The position numbers were made by a program, and so were the translations under genes. 64,000 bases of DNA, from assembly GCA_003427395.1 (NCBI GenBank), contig BFEA01000011.1, forward strand, positions 4,641,543 to 4,705,542. Reading direction: 5' to 3'. Shown in pieces: positions 22,636 to 35,229 of the stretch. The DNA is from Chara braunii. Its lineage: Eukaryota; Plantae; Charophyceae. Every line of letters begins with the position of its first letter. Position 1 is the stretch's first letter. Under the pieces are notes generated by a model. The model was given only the letters and a program-made list of their open reading frames with translations, was not told the DNA's origin and did no database searches.

Positions 22636-23045
22636 ACAAACAAGAAGCGACAGACAGGGAAACAAGCAGATGCACAGACACTTTCTGCATGACGAGTTGG
22701 TGACAATCCGACGACATAGTCGTTCGTAGGGTCATTTTTGTTGTTGTGTCGTTTATGAGATAAGCAACGAACGACGACGTGACGTAGCTCAACCGCATGC
22801 ATGCGATGGTGATCGAATACTCACAGAGCTCAAACAAATGTATGTAAGTAGTGTTAACCACTGATAGAGCGAAGCACGTAACACACACTGGGATGAACCG
22901 GACATAAAAGGTCTCACATCTCATAAATGACACAACAACAAAAATGACCCTACGAACGACTATGTCGTCGGATTGTCACCAACTCATCATGCAGAAAGTG
23001 TGTGTACATCTGCTTGTTTCCCTGTCTGTTGCTTCTTGTTTGTGT
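22636..23045. repeat. Inverted repeat with ~125-bp arms around a ~155-bp spacer
   Basis: 22636-22760 is the near-exact reverse complement of 22918-23045. The spacer is a reverse-complement homolog of ~26801-26960. Confidence 0.88.
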
Positions 23046-23328
23046 GTCTGTGTGTGCTCGCGTGCGTCTGTGCGCTGGTGCTCTTAGAACCTAACCTTCG
23101 TGCATACATGTGAGAACACTGCGTGTGTGTGCGTACCCGCGTGCGTAGGTGCGTACGTACGACCGATTTTCACAACCCCACGTACACCCACCCATAGTAA
23201 GCTTGATAATGCCTAAGGGACCCACGCTCGGATCTACCAGCTTGATAATGTCTAAGGGGCCCACGCTCGGATCTACCAGCTTGGAGGTGGCTGCCCGCAT
23301 CAGAAAAGGCTGAGAAGGAAAAGTTCAA

Positions 23329-23833
23329 TTGGCCCAGCTATCCGCCTTGGCCCAGCTATCCGCCGCGGGTCTTTGCACGCCGCCACCTGCGCTCTTGGGG
23401 GCACCTTTGCACGCTGCCACCTGCGCACTTCGGGGTACCGGACCACAAAGGCTGGAGGCGCCACCAGCCAAAACAGAAAGAAAAACAGTGCGCTGGCGGT
23501 TCGGCGAAACTTGGCGCGCAGGAAGTTACCTGCGCGCTTTGGGGTACCTTTGCACGCTGCCACCTGCGCGCTTCGGGGTACCGGACCACAAAGGCTAGAG
23601 GCGCCAGCCAAAACAAAAAGAAAAACGGTGCGCTGGCGGTTCGGCGAAACTTGGAGCACAGGAAGTTTCGAGGCTCGGCATTGATAGTGATGGACCAAGT
23701 ACTGGTTGGTTTAACCGGGCCATGGAAGCCAAGAGGGAAAGGGGCGCCCTTGATAAATTTCGTAGGCAGCCCGTTTTTCGTTTTGGGCCCTCTTTCTTGC
23801 CAGCGGCCGATATATGGGAAAGGTACTGGTAGT
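23329..23833. mobile_element. Internally duplicated TTAA-MITE copy (ends 23710) followed by the right end of a second member (ends 23833)
   Basis: Shares TTGGCCCAGCTATC, CTTCGGGGTACCGGACCACA and TTCGGCGAAA with 12001-12201. Ends are AGTACTGGTTGGT|TTAA and GGGAAAGGTACTGGTAGT|TTAA. Confidence 0.75.
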
Positions 23834-24345
23834 TTAAAGGCACGAGATTGAAACAGCCTGGAGGTTGGGGGAAGGGTAAAAGCCCCTCCCTCCCCTCAGC
23901 TCCCCAATTTTGGTTTTGCTCATGTTTGTCAACGTTACATGAGACTGAAGGAAGGGGCAGCAGCTTGAATTTGCATACACGTGAGCTAGCTTCTCGCCGC
24001 GAGCTAGCTTCTCGCCACGAGCTAGCTTCTCGCCTGCCTGCTTTGCGCTAACTTCTTTCTTCACTCCTTTTCCTCCTCCATGCAAACTCTTTCTTCCCTC
24101 TACTGGTGTGAGTCCGTCGTAATTTTCATCCTTTTGAAGCCTCGCCCATCCGGCGCCCGAGAGGTCCAGGGCATACATGGCTAGTGTAGCGCTATCCGCT
24201 AAGATGTGTTGCACTCTGAAGTAGGTAAAAAAAGAAGAAGAAAATGAAATATTCACTTTACTAAGAAATAGATTATATTGTATAAGAAATATATATATCG
24301 TCAAATAGATATATATGTATATATGTCTTTACTCATTTATAACTA

Positions 24346-24925
24346 CCTTTTTAACCCCAAAAAAACGTATGTACCTTGTATACGAAATTACGAATACAAC
24401 GTATGTACGTTATAGAACGAGTTTTAGGGTACAACTTTTCAGAAGGTTGTAGTACCGCCATTGTTTTTATTTTTATCTCAAATTTGGTTGGGAATTTCGT
24501 CAAGACCCTCAGACAAAAGTTGGTTGCATTGCAATGTTGTACAACATATGTTTTTTTCGGACTTTTTACTGAAGTTTTTTCTTTTAATCGAAACTTTGAA
24601 AAAAACAGTAAAAAACATTTTCATCCTCGTTTTTATTTTTTTCTCGAATTTTCTCGTGAATTTCGATAAGACCTTCTGGCAAACGTTGTTTGTATTGCAT
24701 TTTTGTATAACATTTTTTTTTTTTTTGGATTTTTTTAATTAGTTTTGAAAAATCGAAGTTCCAAAATTTTTGAATACAACATATGTACGTTGTATTCGAA
24801 TACAACGTACGTACGTTATATTCGAACGTACGTTCTATTCGGGGAAAAACAAGCGATTTCTGAAAACCCGGTTTCCAAAGGTAATTCGAATAGAACGTAC
24901 GTAAGTTTTTTTTTTGTTAAGAAGG
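24346..24925. mobile_element. AT-rich non-autonomous TIR element, TA-flanked, with CGAATACAACGTAC subterminal repeats
   Basis: TA|CCTTTTTAAC ... GTTAAGAAGG|TA. The subterminal motif equals the TIR core of the 17387 MITE family. Confidence 0.65.
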
Positions 24926-25164
24926 TAGTATAAGTTTTTTCAAGCTTGTGATATCAAAAATTGTTTTTCGTGCACGCATCTTAAGTTTTATCGATAGTCA
25001 CTTTTGTTCTCCTAAATTGATTTTGTATATGACTTTATTTTCTCTAGAGAGTTACAATGATCTATAATTAAAGGTACTTCTTGTTTGTTCTCTGTAAAAT
25101 ATTTGTTTGGACGAGGAGTACCAAATACATCATATGCTAAACCAGTAAGCTCTCGATCAAAAAC

Positions 25165-25202
25165 CTGTCTCTTATACACATCTAGATGTGTATAAGAGAC
25201 AG
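25165..25202. other. Nextera mate-pair junction adapter (assembly artefact)
   Basis: Exact CTGTCTCTTATACACATCT+AGATGTGTATAAGAGACAG, between two copies of a ~133-bp segment (25032-25164 and 25203-25335). Confidence 0.98.
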
Positions 25203-25484
25203 ACTTTATTTTCTCTAGAGAGTTACAATGATCTATAATTAAAGGTACTTCTTGTTTGTTCTCTGTAAAATATTTGTTTGGACGAGGAGTACCAAATACA
25301 TCATATGATAAACCAGTAAGCTCTCGATCAAAAACACACTTGAACAAATGACTGCGAAAATAGCGATCGTTATGAAATCTTTTGAAATTCAAAGAGACTC
25401 AAACGACGCCTTCGGCGCCTTCGGTCGGGGACCCGGCTCTTGCGAGCCCTTTGGCACGCGTCCCCGGGTTTTGGGGTAGTAAAT

Positions 25485-25703
25485 GGTTAGATCACCCGCG
25501 TTCGTTCAGGTCCATAGACAATGACAATAGCCTTAAAAAGACTTGCTTTCGCTATGGCTCCGGTGGATAATTTCCCTTAACCAAGCCACTGCCTATGAGT
25601 CGCCGGCTCATTCTTCAACAAGCACGCGGTCAAAGATACAATTCTCCTCCCACTGCTTGAAGGCCTACGGGCTACGGTTTCATGTTTTCTTTCACTCCCC
25701 TAT

Positions 25704-25736
<33 letters not shown>

Positions 25737-25813
25737 TTTCGCTATCGGTTACCCAGGAGTATTTAGCCTTACGAGGTGGTCCTTGCAAATTCACTTAGGA
25801 TTTCCCGTGTCCC
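25485..25813 (-). pseudogene. rrn23: Plastid-type 23S rRNA fragment (nuclear insert)
   Basis: CCCTTAACCAAGCCACTGCCTATGAGTCGCCGGCTCATTCTTCAACA and TTCCCTCACGGTACT...GCTATCGGT.ACCCAGGAGTATTTAGCCTT match the antisense strand of chloroplast 23S. Confidence 0.88.
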
Positions 25814-26090
25814 ATGCATGATCATATTTGTATTAATTTGAGAATATCCTCGAAGATAGAGCTTGACGATAAAGTGAAATTCTTGTCTACACTTATCAAT
25901 CTTGGAAAAAACAATATTACAATGGAAGCACCTATCTCTGATATAATAAAAGACCTGAGTAGATCTGGATTTTGTGATCAAGCGGGTAAAAGTTCAGTTC
26001 CGCAATCTATACTTTCTCAAATTGTTTTTTCTTAAGCACTAAAAAGACATGAGCTAAAATCACAGAAATAAAGAAAAGAATCAATCCTTC
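25814..26090 (+). pseudogene. Organellar group II intron maturase (domain X) fragment
   Basis: AT-rich. ITMEAPISDIIKDLSRSGFCDQAG resembles the APIxxIxxxLxxxGFC start of maturase domain X. Confidence 0.6.
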
Positions 26091-27290
26091 ACTGTTATGA
26101 GCGGTGCGTTTGAACCAATTCGGGCCCAACTGTATTGTCACCACCCAATCTATTTGGCGGATGTGGAACCTCACCACTACTGTGGCGCTATTCTTAGAGA
26201 CGTGTTGCACTTTATTGCCCCTCACTGGAATCAGGCCCAATTGTATTGTCACCACTCAATGGTCTCAGTCTACTTGGCGGATGTGCGAACCTTTCCTCAG
26301 GTGTCTCCCAACGAAGAAGGATTGTATCCTTCATTCATTAAATTTAGTTCAATTTCCTTCAGATTTGTCGATTGTGTTTTGAGTTGTTGCACTTTTCAAT
26401 TCCCCACCCGGACATTCCACAGGTCGCCCACTGAAAAGATTCATTGTGTTACCCCCATGGGTACATTAATTTTGCCTTATGTATTATATATCATGGGAGC
26501 AATAAAATGCGCTTTTGGCAGGATTAAGAGTTTCAGTGTTTCTATTATTATCAATTACAATGTGTGTGATCGGTCTTGAAGACCGGAAAATTGGCCAAGC
26601 GGCCAAATTCCACAAAATACGCTCTGTGCAAAGAGCAAAATAATTCAAACGCAGTTTACCCTCCTCACTCAGGATTCGATGATTGTCAGACAAGTGCTAC
26701 CTGCACACCTCATGCCATTAGGCGGGGACCTGGCATTTGTTTGGCCCGATTTCCATCGTCCTTCCCTCCTGCCCCCACTCCCGACTGTTTGTTTATGAGT
26801 TGTGCGACCTTTTTATGTCCGGTTCAGCCCAGTGTCCGTGTCATACTTAGCTCTATGAGTGGTTAACACTACTTGCATACATTTGGCTGAGTGTTGCGAG
26901 TATTCTATCTCCGTTGCATGCATGTGGTTGAGCTCCATTACGTCGTCATTTGTTGCTTACCCTTGCTGTTATATACACGAGGGGTTGCATCGTAATTTGG
27001 ATGTATGCCAATGGAATCCAACGGATGTCACTGGCTAGCAATAATCTGATGATGATTTTGAAGATGAACTCTTTGATTGCATCCCACGGGTCAATTATTC
27101 CCAACCCCAACAACTTTGTTCAGTTGGGCTGCCCGATCCCATTACATCTCTTGTGATACATCTATCATCTTCTTAATCGACCACATCATTGCTAGAATTG
27201 CGTTATTGGTGCTGCGGACTCTTCTTACCAACGGCATGTGGAAAACTTTTTATTTTGACCTGTTGTGCATTGTTGTTTATACCAGGACTT

Positions 27291-27410
27291 CCCTATGGTC
27301 CTTTGGCGACCCCAAGGATGCCCTACGGTCCTTTGATGACCCCAAGGCTGCCCTATGGTCCTTTGGCGACCCCAAGTCTGCCCTATGGTCCTTCAGCAAG
27401 CCCAAGGCTG
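27291..27410. repeat. 30-bp minisatellite, 4 copies
   Basis: CCCTATGGTCCTTTGGCGACCCCAAGGMTG. Confidence 0.9.
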
Positions 27411-27963
27411 TTATTGTCTCAGCCAAAGCACTTTGATTGTTTTTTTTAATGTTGGCTTCAAATTTCCTGCCGGCTCCCGAGGGAAAGAGAAGTAAGAGAG
27501 AAGAGTGGAAGCCCTGAGTCAGAGTGAACGACTTCATCCTTCCGTTCTTAGTGTTTGCATTCATAGTCGCCCAGCCAGATTTACACAAACTCGTTTGCAT
27601 GGGACAGTTATTTCTGTATAACTGCTCTCATATCAGAACACCAGACTTGTTGCTACCTTTTATTTGGGAGGAGAAGATAGGTTACTTGTCATAGGTGAAA
27701 AAGGCCCTATGCTTGCAGGGGTCCCCTCTATATAGTCTTAGGAGTAGTGGTAGGAAGGAAGTCCCCTCTATATAGTCTTAGGAGTAGTGGTAGGAAGGAA
27801 GTGAAAGGCGAAAAAGAATTTGAGAGAAGAACATAGTGTAGTTAAAAAAAAAATAAAAAAAATCATGGAACGCATAGTGATTGTCACGGAGACTGATTAG
27901 AAGCATGAGCGAAGAATGTTGCGTTGAACACCTTCTAAGATCGATTGAACGACCGCTTCTTAA

Positions 27964-28106
27964 ACCACCAGTACCTTTCCCATATATCGACCGCGGGCAG
28001 TTTCGAAGGCCCGCCGATGAAATTTATCGACTGCGGCCCTTTCCCACTTGGAGTCTAAATATACCGGCGCGACTTTTATTTTCAAGCAGGGAAAGGTACT
28101 GGTGGT
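27964..28106. mobile_element. TTAA-group MITE with 18-bp TIRs
   Basis: TTAA|ACCACCAGTACCTTTCCC ... GGGAAAGGTACTGGTGGT|CTAA. Confidence 0.88.
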
Positions 28107-28139
28107 CTAAAAATAAGAGTATGGTGGGCAAGGTCCTTC

Positions 28140-28322
28140 AGGCCTCTTACTTGCAAGTGCCTCACTATGACTGATTGGCAAGCCGTGTACCACCATGTAA
28201 AAGGTCATTCTCAGACTTATTAAGACTAGCCTCCCCGAGCATGCTAGTGGTGTCTGCTCTTATCAGCACCTCTAGCATTCACTCGGGTTGTTTCTTAAAA
28301 AAAAAAAAAAAAAAAAAAAAAA
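28140..28322 (+). mobile_element. Probable non-LTR retroelement 3' end: stem-loop plus poly(A)
   Basis: Stem-loop at 28234-28287, ~10 nt before an A26 tail. Confidence 0.5.
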
Positions 28323-29967
28323 CTTGATAGGTAGGAGGAGGTAACGGAACCCCATACATACCTTCCTATGCTCGGCTCAAAAGGCTCCGGAGATAGAAAC
28401 AGTAATAGGGATGTTGATCTTTTTTCCCTTGCGCAGAGATGTGAAGCTTAAGAATCTCAGAGGAAGAAGAAGAGCACACTCAACCACAAGGCATAGCCAG
28501 TCAGTGAGTGCACAGTGATCACCAGTAAATTGCTCTAAGATGCCCTACTTGGGCAAAGCCCTATCCAGTGATTCCGCTGAAAAACAAAAACCGTAAGCAA
28601 TAAGATGATGAACCTTTGCAGTTCCTTGGCTGCAAAAAAAAAAGAAACGAAACGAGAAATGCTTATAGAAGAGGTATATAGATGAATAAGAGGAGAATCA
28701 CCGCGTTAACATATAGCACTTTACAAAGCGAGACATCTCACGGACGGTCACTCCTACGCTACATTTAAGTACGAAGGTAAGAGATCTGTCTTTGACCATA
28801 AATTTTATTTTAGAAATAAATTTATTTTATTTCAGAAAATAAAATTATTTTATTGCTAGGTTGTTTTATCAGACGTCCGGGACCCCACTGACCGTCCGGG
28901 ATGTCCGACCGGACGTCTGGTCGGACGTCGGACCGGACAGGGGATGTCCGACCTAGCGCAAAAAAAAAAAAAAAAAAAAAAAAAGTTTTTCTTTTTCTTA
29001 AATCATCTGGCTTCTACCTTGCATAAGGTGTATGCCACCAAACTTTTGGCTCATTTGAGCCAGTAGAAAAACAGATAAGAATCTTTGAAGTTTCTAATCC
29101 TCATCTATACCCCTGCTATCCCCACCAAAACCCCTTGTACGCCCCCCTCCCACCCCAAATAGCACCCTATCACCAAATGCTCAGAAAATTCTGAATTTTT
29201 TTACGGGGGGTCTCTATGGCATGCGCAACAGTGTCTTTTTTCTTTTTTTTTTTAATGCCAAAAAGTGGTGGTCCGGGATCCCGGACAACCCACCTACGGG
29301 ACGGTTGGGATAATTTGCATACCCCCATAAGTTGAGATATATGTCAAACTGCCCCTAGAAGATGTGGGTAGTGCAGAATGCCCCACTGACAATAAAAATA
29401 TTTTGTGAAACACCCCTGGCGTCGGTTGGAACCCCATCTTTGCAATATACCCCTACCAGGCACCGTCCAACTTTGCAATATGCCCCCAGTACTTGCCAAT
29501 TTCTCCTAGGCGCTATTGCCAAAGGCCAAGGGCCAAACGGGGAGGTCCAGATTGCAAAGTTGCACACCCGCCTGACAGGGGCACAACACAAAGATTTCGG
29601 CCCAAAAGGTCATTCCGCTGTACCCACACCTCTCTCGGGCTCTCTCTCGCTCGCGCGCGCGCACGCACTTAGGCCTATTGCTTTCACTCATCGGGCCAGG
29701 CTCACAATTCGCAAACCTAAGGCTGCGGTATGGTGGGTTCGAGCATCTGTGTTTGCAGCACAAAGGCTGCACCGAAAGGCAACACGTCAGCACCCCCCCG
29801 CCCCCGCCTTTGAAAGACAACACATCAAGCAAGGTACGCCTATTAACATGCCGGCCTGTCGTGAATGTACAACTCTCTGTCTGCGACCAGTCAAATTCAT
29901 TTATGATCAAACGCATTCGCAATTTCAGAGGCCTGAAGAGTACCAGAGAAGTGCTCGTAGTTATTAA

Positions 29968-30193
29968 GCCACCAGTACATCTGGAGAATTTGAGTGAACC
30001 TCTCTGAAAACTTGGGGGACTCGGGACAAGGCCCGCGTGGGGGTCGGGGGAGGGCCGGGTCTAGTGCCACCCCATGGCATGGGACACGTTTTTTTCTTTC
30101 TACTGGCCCTTCGTACACCCTGTCCCAAGCTTTCCCAACTTTAGGAGAGGCTCGATCTGATTTTCAACTTGGCTGGATCCATGCCCTGGTGGT
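29968..30193. mobile_element. TTAA-group MITE
   Basis: TTAA|GCCACCAGTACAT ... ATGCCCTGGTGGT|TTAA. Confidence 0.75.
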
Positions 30194-32466
30194 TTAAGGC
30201 CAATCCGAGGAGTGTACCAAGGCGCTGCACCTAGGTAATGTGGTGGACGGAGACAGCTGTGATTAAGACCTGGCCCAAAACCAAGGCCCTCCTCACAGAG
30301 TTTCGATCCTCTGTTTTTTTTTCGTTTTTTTTTTTCTCGGAGGTCATAGGACCCACCCCCGACCTTACATCATCTCATCGTTCGGCTTCCATAGCATAAC
30401 CCCTGCTTCCTCCCCATCCACGGGGGCAATTGTTGGCCCTACCTGAGATGTACCGGACAGCAGTTGCAGCCACCAGCACTACGCCAGGACCACCTCTCCC
30501 ATCCCTAGTTGAAGCACTATCAACCAAGTTGAAGCACAACTCATAAACAAACAGTTGGGAGTGGGGGGCCAAAGTACCCGTGGGCTTTGGCCCGATTTCC
30601 ATCGTGCAGGAGGGAGGGACGATGGAAATCGGACCGAAGCACGGTACTTTGGTCACCAAACATGATACTCTTAGTGTACACTCCTATTTTTTCCTATCAG
30701 CACCAGCCCAGTTTGGTTAGACAGCCCCTGACCCCACCCAGGCGACATGTTCCTAGCGTAGCCTAACATTGAGGGGCCAAGTTTATCTATCCCATAACCC
30801 ACACCGCTTACTTTGGGTTCTCGTGCTATTGTAGTTGTCTGGTTCACATCACATTGAGGTGCCAAGGTTATCTATCCCATAACCAACACCGGTTCTCCGC
30901 AGGGCCGCTTCCTGCCACGGAAAACCTCCGGCCCAACCCCCCTTGCTCCCTCACTGATGTCATATATTTCTCGCTCCAGGCTTACTCCAGAACCGAATGT
31001 TTCCATGGAGCCACCCTGGGCAGTGTCATTACCTAAGCCAACTCTAGACCACCCTGAGTGGCACTCCAGGGTACTCTGAAACCGAACGTCTCCACGGAGG
31101 CACCCCAGGCAGCGTCTTACCTATAAGCCAACTCTAGATCTAGATCAGTCTGGATGCCTATTGTTTTTTTTTTTTTTTTGGTTATGGGTTGTGTTATAGT
31201 TGGTATGGATACCATTCCAGGCAAGTCGTGAACCGAATGTTGGTCTTTCTCAGGACCTGCTAACTACTATAGAAAAGACTGCCAGGGGCTTCTCCATAGA
31301 GTACTGTGGAAGCCACTACCGTCTTCACTCGAATAAGATGCTGCCAAGGTGTTATATCTCTTATTTGGGCCAACTTTACAGTCTGGATAGACAAGTAATG
31401 AGCCGGCCGCCGATTTGTTCAGGGGAAGAGGACAAGGAGGCCATCTTCAAACAGGAAAGCGACAGCAATATCTCTGTAGTAGCAGCTACTACCATCTTTC
31501 CCCGAATACAGCACCTAGACTCTATGACATAATAGCTGTGTACCTGAGCCAACGTTCAGTCTATAATACAACCATAACGACTCTGTGCACATTCTACTCA
31601 GCTGAAGATGAAGAAGACAACAGCAAGGAGGTAATCTGGAAATGCAATAGAGACTGTAATCCAGCCTTCGAAGGCACTAACGGAGTATATCCTCTGAGAG
31701 AGGCCTGAGGGTCGAAGAAGTGTTATGAAAGAGTTCATCCTTTTGTTATTGATGCTGGTGGCCATGGCCGCCCAGCCGATCATACACAAAAAACCCGCTT
31801 GTAGTCTCATACCAATTTCTCGAAGTGTCTGTCGTCTTTTGTGTGGCGCATCCTTGAATCTTTTTTTTTTTTTTTTTTCCGTGTGAAGTGTGAGAATCTG
31901 TGAACGTGCGGTCTTGTCTTTTGATGCTCGATGCTTGGTCAGCGAATCAAACGCCTGATGCTCGATGCTTGGTCAGCGAATCAAACGCCAAGCAGAATGG
32001 AGAAGAGCTCCGTCAAACAAGCGTATATGAGCTGAAATCAGCACAATAGGCTAAATACCCGTTCTAGACATCAAAAGCCATTCAGGCAGGTGGTTCAGAG
32101 ACACAGAACCGGTACTTCGCACTCAAATTCGATCGGGACGAACATTGTACGAGTTCTGTTCAAACGTCAATCATCGAATTTGGATCGATTACCACTGTGA
32201 AGCCGATCGAGGGAGAAGGCTCTCCGCCCGTACACAGGAAAAAGGCACAATGCGGAAGATGTACTGTTCTCGTCGATGAGATGGCAAACAAGTGATATAA
32301 AGGGACATGGGTGAGAGATCTGAACTGGGCGAGATGACGATGGGCACCCTACGACTCCACTGTCCCAACCCCCTGCGAAGATCCTTGTCTCATTCAGATC
32401 GGAATTGCGCAGGTTGACCTTCTCTTCTCTCTGCAGCAGTCCGCTTCTGAGTCCTGCACTTCGATC

Positions 32467-32648
32467 TTTTTTTTTTTTTTTTTTTTTTTTGCAAGGGTTA
32501 CGGTCTTGAGATATCATCATTGAGCTGACCGGCACCAGTCAATTCAGAAATAACTGGTTGTACTCGATCAAATTCCATCATCTGGGTTCGAACACGGGTC
32601 TGTAATTTGACAGTTCAATGGTGTACACACTGGGCTCGGCTCTTGGGT
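32467..32648 (-). mobile_element. tRNA-derived SINE with poly(A) tail
   Basis: Minus strand: A-box-like GAGCCCAGTGTGTA, B box GTTCGAAC, 3' TGATGATATCTCAAGACCGTAACCCTTGC(A)24. Near-TSD CTTCRATC. Confidence 0.78.
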
Positions 32649-32954
32649 CTTCAATCGTATTCGGTTCATCTATATCCACAGAAACGGACCTCACAGCTGA
32701 TTGTTTTTATTTTCCAAAGGAGAAACTGGCTGGTACGATCAAGCCCCAAAAAAAAACAAAAAACGACGTGCATGCATAATACACAAGCGATCTGCGATGC
32801 TTGCCACGTGGCGTTCAGTACGGATTTGATTAATCTGCACATTCTCGTCTTCACAAGGTTGAGCGGAGAGGAACGTGATGAGCCCGAAAGGTCATCCCCT
32901 GACCTAAAATGATCAGGGCACGTATAACTGGTAAAGCTTCTTATCGATAAAGGG

Positions 32955-32987
<33 letters not shown>

Positions 32988-33469
32988 CGACCATTCGTTC
33001 AAGAGGGAATCTTCAAGTGTACTCCCGAGTAGAAATTGAAATCGAAGTTCGTCATACATCCCCCCCCAAAACTTTGCCAGCTTGCATCCCCCGAGAAACT
33101 TTTCCAGCTTACATTCCCCCCACAGAACTTTGCCCGCTCCTGTTGACAAGTTGAGCTTCTGGAATCCAAAGATTCGGTGCTTCGTCGACTGTCCAAGATC
33201 CCGTTCCGAGAAGGGTAGACAGACAGCATGCCTGCTCAAGCAAATCGCCAAGTGGCTTTGTTAAGCACCACAACTCCTTGCTCTTACTTGCCCTCTGCGC
33301 ACCACTACTCAACCCACAACTCTTCGGCCTCGTGAGGGATTTTTCACATCCATCCTCCTTCAATATTATTTTATTTTTTCATTAAATACGGCCAGGGCGG
33401 GCCCACTGGGGACCACATCCATCCTTCCATGCCCTAATATGCCCTTACCAGCCCCCACACCAACACAAA

Positions 33470-33566
33470 GGGCCAGATCCTACTAGACCCTACTGTTCAT
33501 TTCTGACCGTTGATCTTCGTAATCGAAGGTGAAAAATGAATAATCCAGGGTAGTGGGATCTGACCC
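33470..33566. mobile_element. Possible Tourist-like MITE
   Basis: GGGCCAGATCCTACTA ... TAGTGGGATCTGACCC|TAA. Confidence 0.45.
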
Positions 33567-33765
33567 TAAGTGTGCATACACACATAGGGAGTTTTTCCCA
33601 CACGGAGTTTTTCCCACGAAGCTCTCTCTGGACGTGACTACAGTCATACTCATCCTGCACTTGCCATAATTGCAGTCAGATGCATTCCGAGAAGTGCACG
33701 TGCGAGTATGCCCTTATTATCGTTCATGATAGCGTTTTGGGGTTTTTTGGAACACGTTCCATTTC

Positions 33766-33813
<48 letters not shown>

Positions 33814-34225
33814 AAATAAAGTCCAGGGACCTCACAGCTCAGCCCGTCTCTATGACAGCGTTGAACAGTACACGAGATCTGATTTGACGCGCGTTTGCGA
33901 CAGTTTGACACCATCCGTGATCAGATACGCTCAGGCGAGAGACCACATATGAGAGTATGCACGTAGTTTTTCGCTTTTTTTCGCTCCCAGATAATTTGCG
34001 TTTTTTTTGGGTCCCAAGAATTTTGCATTTCTCCTGGCCACAATTTTTTCTTTTGTTTTGCCCCACGTTTTTTTGAAGCCGATTGAGAAACGACGGGACG
34101 CCTTTCGAGGGAAGTCCGCGCTACGTTGCAAGCAAACTGATATGTTGTGCTCAACAACAATGGGGAAAGCACACCCTCATCCGAGTGGGAAACAATCTTC
34201 ACGATCTTAACACAAAACGAAGTGT

Positions 34226-34330
34226 ATTTACCCGAATACAACGCCCAGTCATCCTAAAAAGCTGTATATGGAGCACTTTTCCGTCCAGATATGGCGACAA
34301 TTACCGGGCGTTCTATTCGGGTGAAGACGC
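34226..34330. mobile_element. TA-family MITE, degenerate (another at ~31319-31430)
   Basis: ACCCGAATACAACGCCCAGT ... ACCGGGCGTTCTATTCGGGTGAAGACG. Confidence 0.7.
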
Positions 34331-35229
34331 TGGTCACCTGTTACGAGATTCAAAGAGTTATGGATTGGGAAGAACACAATGAGTATTGTCGTATTTGACA
34401 AATTCCACGCTAACCACCCCCCCCCCCTCCNCCCCCCCTCTTCTTCCCCACCCATCAAGGAAACCCCATAGTCCCTGTTCAACCTTAATGACCCAATACA
34501 GACCCCCCGATTTCAAGATACTCCAGAGGAACCCCCCCGCAGTCCCTGTACATCGGGACTACCAATGCTTATAGCAATTTCCGATGACGGCTTTCATCGT
34601 TGTGCTCTTTTCGATTCGAGCGGAGAGAGAAAGGAGGTGGTTATTTCAATTGCCACGACAGAAAGAAGTTGAGGAGAGCGAAAAGGGGTCACACACACAC
34701 GTCACAGACGCAGAGATCTCTCCGATTGCCCAAAAGGAAGGGAAGGGACATCTGTATAAAAGAGGACAAAAGACGTTCCAAAAAGTGACACAACGAATGC
34801 CATCAACTCAGCACATCAGGACAGAAGAACTCGCCCTTCAAAACAAAATACCACCGTCTGTTCTCGGTGCTCCGACCGTTCCATTACCCGTCCGCCCATG
34901 TGAAGACCCCGTGAACCGCAGACCTTCCCCCGACGACAAGAAAAGATGAAGAGTGGACGGAGGGGTCTCGTCGCCGCCAGGACAGCACGAAAGATCGGGG
35001 GAAGAGAAGGGATCTGATTACGTTTAACTGACAAAAACATTGTCAGCAAATCACTAATCTACCCGCAAATCCTGGTCTCTCTCTCGGCGTTAAAGCCTCC
35101 ACAGGTAACACGTAAGAAAAGCGGCGGTCATCCCACTCTGCCGCGCTGCCTCTGACGACACCTGATGATGGCATCAAACCACTCATCTGCGGGGGGATTA
35201 GAGCATAGTACTTAGTCAAATTACTCAAT

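Noticed and set aside
25165-25202. Tn5/IS50 transposon ends
   Set aside because: Back-to-back mosaic ends are the Nextera mate-pair junction adapter.
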